Source of the DNA: Vulcanisaeta distributa DSM 14429
GTDB taxonomy: Archaea; Thermoproteota; Thermoprotei; Thermoproteales; Thermocladiaceae
Assembly: GCF_000148385.1 (NCBI RefSeq)
Contig: NC_014537.1
Coordinates: 570,001 to 602,000, forward strand
Direction: 5' to 3'
Length of the DNA stretch: 32,000 bases
Positions 25,747 to 32,000 of the stretch are shown one piece after another. Each line of letters begins with the position of its first letter. Position 1 is the first letter of the stretch. The notes beneath the pieces are model-generated. The model worked only from the letters and a program-made list of their open reading frames with translations, did no database searches and was not told where the DNA came from. Made by a program: the position numbers and the translations under genes.

Positions 25747-27072
25747 ATGGAGCGGGTCGACCTAATCATTAGGGCTAGGTACGTAATAACAATGTCAAAT
25801 CCATTGGTGATCGAGGATGGGGCCGTAGCCATAGATAACGGCTTAATCAAGGCCGTGGGGAGGGCAAACGACGTACTCAGCCAATACAGGGGTGAGGAGG
25901 TCATCAACAGGGACAAACACATATTGATGCCGGGGCTTATTGACGCCCACACCCACACACAACAAGTACTACTTAGGTCATTCATTAATGATGAGAGACT
26001 CGCATTACCACCAATATGGACCAAGCTCCTAATACCCTTTGAGGACTTACTGACCGATGAACTGGCATACCTATCATCCCTAGTGAGTGTCGCCGCCATG
26101 GCTAAGAACGGCGTCACACTGTTTATAGAAGCGGGCGCACCAAGGCCCAGGGAGTTGATTAGGGCCATTAATGAGGTTGGGATTAGGGGCGTGATCACAC
26201 CCTCAACCTTCAACGTACGTGATAACGAGGTGATCGATGCTAAGGAAGTAATGCGTAGGGTTGAGGAGTTACTGCCTGAGGCCGGTGGGAGGGTTAGGGT
26301 TTGGTGTTCGATTAGGCAGGTAATGATGGTGACTGAGGACCTACTCCTCGGCCTAAGGGACCTTTGCCTAAGCAAGGGGCTAGGCATAACCTACCACCTC
26401 GGCGAGTACCAGGGCGAGATTGATTATGCACTCACTAAGTACGGCGCTAGGCCCCTCGAGGTATTTGATAGGCTTGGTTTAACGTCAATAAAGCCCACGG
26501 TTATTGCTCATGCGGTTTACTTGTCTAATAGGGAGAGGGCCATTGTTAGGGATAGGGGGTTGGGGATTGCCTGGTGCCCGACCGTTGACTCAATAGCCAT
26601 GGGACCTCATTGGCTACCCATGTTTGATGGCGTATTGTTTGGCTTTGGCAGTGATGGTGGTGCATTCACAAGCTTAGACCTCTTGCACGAGGCTAAGGTC
26701 GCCAGGGCCGTGGGTAAGGCGTTAACCATTAGTATAGCCTATGATAAGTCCTCTTTCAACTCATTAACGATTCTAAGGGCGCTCACGGGTTGGGGTGGAT
26801 TGTTGGTTGGGGATAATGTGGGCGTAATTAATGAGGGCTTCAAGGCAGACCTAATAACGCTTAGGCTTGATGATGCCAGGGCGCTGCCCATCTACGACCC
26901 CGTGGAGTCCGTAGTGTCATTGCTGGGTGGTCATAGCGTTAATGATGTGGTGGTTGGTGGGGAATTTGTGGTGAGGGATGGCAGGTTGATCAGGATTGAT
27001 GAGGGGGAGTTAATTGAGAAGTTGTACGACGCAATCCCCGAAATCCGTGGAAAATTGAGTAATATGGCTTAG
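25747..27072 (+). CDS. Metal-dependent amidohydrolase (ATZ/TRZ / SsnA / nucleobase- or nucleoside-deaminase-like)
   Basis: A 441-aa ORF with the HxH metal motif (PGLIDAHTHTQQ), a later HLGE segment and GSDGG. It starts 6 nt after the permease stop. The antisense ORF at 25659-26387 is spurious. Confidence 0.75.
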   Translation: MERVDLIIRARYVITMSNPLVIEDGAVAIDNGLIKAVGRANDVLSQYRGEEVINRDKHILMPGLIDAHTHTQQVLLRSFINDERLALPPIWTKLLIPFEDLLTDELAYLSSLVSVAAMAKNGVTLFIEAGAPRPRELIRAINEVGIRGVITPSTFNVRDNEVIDAKEVMRRVEELLPEAGGRVRVWCSIRQVMMVTEDLLLGLRDLCLSKGLGITYHLGEYQGEIDYALTKYGARPLEVFDRLGLTSIKPTVIAHAVYLSNRERAIVRDRGLGIAWCPTVDSIAMGPHWLPMFDGVLFGFGSDGGAFTSLDLLHEAKVARAVGKALTISIAYDKSSFNSLTILRALTGWGGLLVGDNVGVINEGFKADLITLRLDDARALPIYDPVESVVSLLGGHSVNDVVVGGEFVVRDGRLIRIDEGELIEKLYDAIPEIRGKLSNMA

Positions 27073-27081
27073 TGGCATTTC

Positions 27082-27099
27082 ATTTTACTTAAGTAAAAT
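27082..27099. terminator. 18-bp perfect palindrome just after the amidohydrolase stop (possible terminator or hairpin)
   Basis: ATTTTACTT|AAGTAAAAT was read directly, starting 10 nt after the stop at 27072, in a T-rich context. Archaeal termination mainly uses oligo-T, so the role is uncertain. Confidence 0.3.
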
Positions 27100-27241
27100 A
27101 ATAGGAATATAGATGTTTATAAATAATGGACCTGGTTAATGTCTTAAATTTGAAGATTCCTTAGTAACGCACGTAGAATGCACAACAAACTCCTCGGGGC
27201 AAGTTAGTTTTTTAAGGTCATGCTAATCAGCATAGGTAACC

Positions 27242-28246
27242 ATGGTTTTGCTTAAAACAATAGAGTGTTGTATTGAACTACTTGTATTTAGCATAGTAGC
27301 TGGGTTGCTCGGTTCACTAACTGGGTTAGGGGGTGGAACGGTGCTTGTTCCCCTACTCACGTTATTCCTGGGCATACCAATTGCCTATGCAGCCGGCGCA
27401 TCGTTAATATCCACGATAGCCACATCAAGTGGTGCAGCCAGTGCTTACATTAGGGATAGGATAACCAACGTGAGGATTGGCATGGGCCTCGAGATTGCCA
27501 CGACGACAGGCTCAATAGTTGGCTCCTTAACGGCAGCCTACATATACGCACACGGACTTGCTTGGATTGTATACGTGGTGTTTGGAATAGTCATACTAAC
27601 CTCAATAATACCCACGGCCCAGAGGGGTAAGTACGAGATACCAGACCCAAGGAAGCCTGACTGGACCACGAGGGTGTTTAAACTTTATGGTAGTTACTAC
27701 GATGATGCCATTAAGATGGAGGTTAAGTACTGGGGTGTTCGTTGGTGGCTTGGCGAATTAATAATGTTCTTCGCAGGCTTCATCAGTGGTTTGTTGGGTA
27801 TTGGTAGCGGCGCACTCAAGGTCCTCGGGATGGATTGGGCAATGAACCTTCCCATGAAGGTAAGCACAACAACAAGCAACTTCATGATAGGAGTAACAGC
27901 AGCCACAGGTAGTGCCCTGTACTGGTACTTCGGATATATACAGCCGATGATGGCTGCCGTGACGGCCATCGGCGTCCTGATAGGGGCTATGAGTGGTACG
28001 AAGATACTCGTGAGGATTACGAATAAGCAGGTCAGGTGGGTCTTCCTGGCAATACTCGCCTTCCTGGGCATGGAGATGCTGCTAAAGGGCCTATACCTGG
28101 ACCACATAATAACCATTGCCGTGGCAACCCAGTATCTGTTGAGTATAGTATTTACGGCAATAGTGATGTTAATACTTTATTATCGCTACGGCATATTGAT
28201 GGCTAGGAATGAGAGAAAGACCGTTAGGGGTGGTGTGAATGCCTAG
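27242..28246 (+). CDS. TauE/SafE (DUF81) family anion exporter-like membrane protein
   Basis: A 334-aa polytopic ORF with duplicated glycine-rich motifs: GSLTGLGGGTVLVPLL and GLLGIGSGALKV. Confidence 0.8.
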   Translation: MVLLKTIECCIELLVFSIVAGLLGSLTGLGGGTVLVPLLTLFLGIPIAYAAGASLISTIATSSGAASAYIRDRITNVRIGMGLEIATTTGSIVGSLTAAYIYAHGLAWIVYVVFGIVILTSIIPTAQRGKYEIPDPRKPDWTTRVFKLYGSYYDDAIKMEVKYWGVRWWLGELIMFFAGFISGLLGIGSGALKVLGMDWAMNLPMKVSTTTSNFMIGVTAATGSALYWYFGYIQPMMAAVTAIGVLIGAMSGTKILVRITNKQVRWVFLAILAFLGMEMLLKGLYLDHIITIAVATQYLLSIVFTAIVMLILYYRYGILMARNERKTVRGGVNA

Positions 28247-28682
28247 GTGGGATATGGACTACGTAATCGGCTTAACCCTTAGGTACGGCGTGATAATAAG
28301 CATAGCCCTAATACTGATTGGTATTGCCCTATTCCACGTTAAGGGTGAGGCCCTTGGGTGTAGTGAAACCCTAGTCATGAGCCCAACATCCCCAATAAAC
28401 ACCACGGTAATACCGCCGGCTTACGCCCTGTCCAGGCTACCCAACCTAGACCCACTCTCATTCATAATACTTGGTCTCATGGTATTGATAGCCACCCCAG
28501 TGCTTAGGGTAGCCCTCGGTATTGCTTCCTTCGCGATGGAGAAGGATTGGCTCTACGTATTCATAACAGCCGTTGTCTTCATGAACCTAATGCTGGCAAT
28601 ATTCATATTACCATCGATAATGCACCTACACGCAAACGCTCAATTACTAAAACTACTCTGTCCATCTTCTAATAACCCTTAA
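28239..28682 (+). CDS. Small membrane protein, DUF1634-like (usual partner of TauE/SafE genes)
   Basis: A 147-aa ORF overlapping the TauE stop by 8 nt. LRYGVIISIALILIGIALF and the overall TM layout resemble DUF1634 by recall. Confidence 0.55.
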   Translation: MPRWDMDYVIGLTLRYGVIISIALILIGIALFHVKGEALGCSETLVMSPTSPINTTVIPPAYALSRLPNLDPLSFIILGLMVLIATPVLRVALGIASFAMEKDWLYVFITAVVFMNLMLAIFILPSIMHLHANAQLLKLLCPSSNNP

Positions 28683-28710
28683 AATCCTGTAACACTACTT
28701 TAATAACGCC

Positions 28711-29565
28711 TCAAACCCCACCTTCCAGGGACACTATCACTGATGCAATTATTATTAGGGCGTAGGCCACCAACGTCATTGCCGTGGGTATTTGCCTAAA
28801 AAACAGAAAGCCCCAGATGGCTGCCAGGACAGGTTCTAGGGTAGCTATTACCGAGGCTGTGGAGGCCCTCACCCTGGAAACCCCCATTGCGAAGAGCCTG
28901 TATGGTATTACCGTAGTCACTATCCCGAGGTAAACACCCCACAGGGCAGGCCTAATTATTGGTCTCCAGGAATCAGTAATGATGGAGTACGCCAGGGCAG
29001 TTGGCGCCGTTACGATTAGGGTGTACGGAATCGCACCCCAGGAAACGTCGACCTCATTACCAGCCTTGGCAAACCTCCTGGCGAGGGCTATGTATGATCC
29101 GTAGGATACGCCGGATAAGAGACCCATGAACACACCCACTGGGCTTATTGAACCCCCAATGGTTTGAACACCAATCAGCGCTATGGCAACAAGCACCAAT
29201 GAGACACCGATAATACCACGCTTACCCGGCCTTTCGCCCATGGCGAGTGCGGTCAACGTCGCCCACAGAGGCGCCGTATATAGGAGGAACGCCGCTAACC
29301 CCACGCCAGCCATGACCGCAGCCAGTGGGTATGCCGCGAATAATACGCCAAGCGCCACGCCGGTTATTATGGATGCCCTACTTAACGACCTGTGAATTAG
29401 CACCGCCGCCATGGAGGCGAATAATGACCTGAAGAGTGCTAGCATGATCGGATTCGCACTATACACACTCGCCACGCCTATTGTCGACCAGAGGGCTGCG
29501 GCGGCCATTATGTAGGCGCCCGGCCACAGGCTACGCCTATAACCCACAGTGCAGAAAATCGCCAC
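28711..29565 (-). CDS. EamA/DMT-family transporter
   Basis: A 284-aa ORF with about 10 hydrophobic segments arranged as two EamA-like halves. Confidence 0.75.
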   Translation of the reverse strand: MAIFCTVGYRRSLWPGAYIMAAAALWSTIGVASVYSANPIMLALFRSLFASMAAVLIHRSLSRASIITGVALGVLFAAYPLAAVMAGVGLAAFLLYTAPLWATLTALAMGERPGKRGIIGVSLVLVAIALIGVQTIGGSISPVGVFMGLLSGVSYGSYIALARRFAKAGNEVDVSWGAIPYTLIVTAPTALAYSIITDSWRPIIRPALWGVYLGIVTTVIPYRLFAMGVSRVRASTASVIATLEPVLAAIWGFLFFRQIPTAMTLVAYALIIIASVIVSLEGGV

Positions 29566-29578
29566 TCCTTAATGAGTA

Positions 29579-30721
29579 TTACGCCCTCCGCTCAACCACC
29601 ACCGCACCCCTAATAATTGCTGTATACAACCCCGATGACGCCAGGGCTACTGCGAATACGAAGCCCCATAGCGTGAGTGGCTGCTTAATTGCGTGTATCA
29701 GGAGGATGCTTGAGATTGACGAGGCCACCGTCCTACCCAAGCCGGTTACTAATGAGTATAGGCCCATGTAACGACCCCTAGACCTCGGGTCGGCAAGTGT
29801 GTTGGCTATACTTTGGGATAGGGGCGAAACAATCATCTCAGCAAGCGTTATGAAGAACATGTCGACAACGGCCCAGGTAAAGCCTGGCACGAAGGCCACG
29901 GCTAGGTAACTCACGCCGTAAATAACCATGCCAAGCGATATTAGGCTTGGCCTCCTTAAGTACCTACCAATGAGGTCCTGTAAGAGGACGACGAGTAACC
30001 CGTTCTCCATGTAAAGTAGGCCAACCTGAAACGTAGTTAGATCATCACGCGCATTGTAGTACGTAAGTAGTGGGAAGCCGAGTTGACCCATTACGAGGAA
30101 GGTGAGGAAGGATGGTATTAGGAATAATGCGAAGGCGCTATTCACATGAAACGTAAGGCCGGTCTCAACAGTGTAATTGGGCTCAGGTAAGGTGATCAGT
30201 AGAGGTAATGCAGCCAGCGGTATTAATGAGCCTAGAAGCATCAGGACCCTGAAGCCGTATACCTCATACAGTAGGCCGCCTATGGCCGGCCCAATGGCCC
30301 AACCAGCGTTTATACCAACACGAAGCCTACTGAAGTACTTAACAAGTGATGCAAATCCTCTTGCGTAGTCCCCAACGATTGATGTATTGGCAACTCCATA
30401 GGCGTTATTGAAGAAGGACTGTGTGAGAACCATGATAATTACAATGAGTGGTTCATTAATTATGTAGGCAAGGAATAGGGCTATTGATGATGCCACCGCC
30501 GAGACAACCATGGTCCGGACTCGGCCCAGCAAGTCCGTTAAGTAACCACCCACTATGAAGGCTATGGAGCTGATCACGGCCTGCGCAACGTAAAATAGCG
30601 AGACCAGGGTTAGAGATAATTTGTAATACTGGAATAGTGCGAATCCCGTGAATGACCAAAGAAGTGAGCCACCCAGGGCCCTGATGGCGCCTATCAAGGC
30701 AAGCTTATTGCTTAGTTCCAT
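29579..30721 (-). CDS. MFS transporter
   Basis: A 380-aa polytopic ORF with a DLLGRVRTM loop motif after TM2. Confidence 0.75.
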   Translation of the reverse strand: MELSNKLALIGAIRALGGSLLWSFTGFALFQYYKLSLTLVSLFYVAQAVISSIAFIVGGYLTDLLGRVRTMVVSAVASSIALFLAYIINEPLIVIIMVLTQSFFNNAYGVANTSIVGDYARGFASLVKYFSRLRVGINAGWAIGPAIGGLLYEVYGFRVLMLLGSLIPLAALPLLITLPEPNYTVETGLTFHVNSAFALFLIPSFLTFLVMGQLGFPLLTYYNARDDLTTFQVGLLYMENGLLVVLLQDLIGRYLRRPSLISLGMVIYGVSYLAVAFVPGFTWAVVDMFFITLAEMIVSPLSQSIANTLADPRSRGRYMGLYSLVTGLGRTVASSISSILLIHAIKQPLTLWGFVFAVALASSGLYTAIIRGAVVVERRA

Positions 30722-30802
30722 TCAGACACGCTCAGTTGCGTACTCTTTTAAGTTATTTCGTAATTAATCATCCTTTTAAAGCCTTAAGTTAAATAATCCC
30801 AT

Positions 30803-32000
30803 GTGCTCAATCCACTGGTATTACTTGCGATAATGGTGACTCTGCCCAACGGCACGGTGTACCACTCCATCAATCCATTAATTAGTAATTACGGGATTTA
30901 CATATACCCGATCAATTATGCCGTCATTTATAGGCACGTGATTGGCTCAGGCACGTACATAATGACCATAACCCCAGGCACTTACTACTCAGTGAGTGTT
31001 TATGGTCCCGGGCCAATGGGGCTATACCTAACCTCCAACATGAATGTGCTACTACTCGTACTAAGCAGTCAGGGTTTCAGTGAGTTAAAGTCTGGGGCCT
31101 TAGTCAAACCGTTATTTGCATATTACGGGCAGGAGCTCAATGCTACCATCGAATTACCCAGTGGTGAGTATTATATTGTCGTTATTAATAATGGCTCATC
31201 AACAGCCCAGGCAATGCTCGTGACAACTCATAACTACTCAACACCGATTATCAATGCGCCGATTGGTATTGTTGATTATGGGTTAATGCCCTCACAGGTG
31301 GGTTACATACCATACTCATACATGACCAACGAATTCCTTGGTGAGGCGAGGGTACTGAGTATTGGCGTTCAACCACTAACCAACTGCCCCCCACTACCGC
31401 CCGGCTCATTCTCCCTCCAGTTGAATGCGGTGCTTGAGATGGTAGTTAACAACAAAACCCAGTATTACTGGGTTCAAAACGTCTTAATCATTGACCCAAC
31501 CTACGGCTTAATGGCGCCGCTGGTGAATGTTTGGAACATGAGTAGTGCTGAGTTATTCATGGACCCACTATTCATCGTTGGGCGTGGTTCGGTGATGAAT
31601 AACGAGGTCTACGCATACATGGGTAACTGGACACCCTATGAAATGCCCTTGTCCGTGAACCTGACGATAATAACGAACAAGACAGTTAATGGCTTTCCCC
31701 AGGTACTCATTGGCTACTCAATGGGTGGCATTAATACGCTTGTTGATAATGTCACGTTCTTAATGACGCCATCATGGGGCCCACACCTTGTCGTGAATGG
31801 CTCGGAATACTCACCACTGGGTTACCTAATTGATGCGGAGTTCGTAATTGGGGGCCCGGGTTGTGGGGCGATGGTGAGGGTTAATGAGTTGAATGCTACG
31901 TTGTCCCTTTATTACAGGGGGCCTAGTGGTGATTTAATTCCCATGCCCAGTGCCTGGAGCATGGGTAGCGATACTGGCGAGACCGTGGTTAATGCCAGGG
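30803..32000 (+). CDS. Thermopsin-family acid protease (peptidase A5), 3' end outside the window
   Basis: This gene is not in the supplied ORF track because it has no stop. Hand translation from the GTG at 30803 (in-frame TAA at 30794-30796) is open to base 32000. The N-terminus is hydrophobic (LNPLVLLAIMVTL). Motifs match my recollection of thermopsin: PIGIVDYG, FSLQLNAVL...QYYWVQNV, IDAEFVIGGPGCG, GSDTGE. Many N-x-S/T sequons are present. Confidence 0.8.
   Translation, partial: MLNPLVLLAIMVTLPNGTVYHSINPLISNYGIYIYPINYAVIYRHVIGSGTYIMTITPGTYYSVSVYGPGPMGLYLTSNMNVLLLVLSSQGFSELKSGALVKPLFAYYGQELNATIELPSGEYYIVVINNGSSTAQAMLVTTHNYSTPIINAPIGIVDYGLMPSQVGYIPYSYMTNEFLGEARVLSIGVQPLTNCPPLPPGSFSLQLNAVLEMVVNNKTQYYWVQNVLIIDPTYGLMAPLVNVWNMSSAELFMDPLFIVGRGSVMNNEVYAYMGNWTPYEMPLSVNLTIITNKTVNGFPQVLIGYSMGGINTLVDNVTFLMTPSWGPHLVVNGSEYSPLGYLIDAEFVIGGPGCGAMVRVNELNATLSLYYRGPSGDLIPMPSAWSMGSDTGETVVNAR

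Noticed and set aside
25659-26387. A long antisense ORF (242 aa) opposite the amidohydrolase gene. Similar antisense ORFs lie at 3043-3513, 8381-8782, 845-1216, 1220-1519, 9626-9928, 9988-10320, 22944-23318, 23519-23896 and 27697-28116.
   Set aside because: Each lies entirely inside a gene with clear family motifs on the other strand. Their translations are low-complexity and rich in Ser, Leu, Thr and Pro, with no recognisable motifs. This is the typical shadow-ORF pattern of codon-biased genes.
1-32000. CRISPR arrays, cas genes, intact IS elements, integrases, toxin-antitoxin pairs and known defence-system signatures.
   Set aside because: I saw none. There are no regularly spaced direct repeats, and every ORF longer than about 150 aa is either assignable to metabolism or transport or is one of the two surface-protein orphans.

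Overview
The window reads as a chromosomal segment of a hyperthermophilic, probably acidophilic crenarchaeon. A Thermoproteales-like (Vulcanisaeta/Caldivirga) origin is an inference from gene content and was not searched. The supporting content is the archaeal-type CoA enzymes, a split GMP synthase, a thermopsin gene, short leaderless-style spacers with A/T-rich TATA-like boxes, and a GC-rich tRNA. Most of the window is densely packed core metabolism.

- **1-5.2 kb:** archaeal pantoate/phosphopantothenate (CoA) cluster with KPR, a UPF0284/CobT-like gene, panB, phosphopantothenate synthetase and pantoate kinase.
- **5.2-12 kb:** a complete histidine set (hisD, H, E, I, F, B, A, G, C).
- **12-18 kb:** an MFS transporter plus threonine-pathway genes (thrC, hom, asd, aspartate kinase).
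- **18.2 kb:** tRNA-Gly(CCC).
- **18.4-21.4 kb:** orphan membrane-anchored, sequon-rich proteins and a small ORF.
- **21.6-27 kb:** purine-related block (purine PRTase, GMP synthase B and A subunits, APC permease, amidohydrolase).
- **27-30.7 kb:** membrane transporters (TauE/SafE plus a DUF1634-like gene, EamA, MFS).
- **30.8 kb to the right edge:** an open-ended thermopsin-family protease gene that is missing from the ORF track.

I see no CRISPR array, intact IS element, integrase or recognisable defence system. The points worth a second look are mostly non-coding or structural:

- an 833-bp ORF-free spacer containing a perfect 50-bp palindrome;
- a 13-nt motif shared by the thrC and aspartate-kinase promoters;
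- a one-base frameshift at an A-run inside a Tyr/Leu heptad coiled-coil glycoprotein gene;
- a GC-rich ~95-nt hairpin island upstream of the PRTase gene;
- an unusual anticodon loop (C33) in the tRNA.

All family assignments come from reading motifs by eye. No database search was run.
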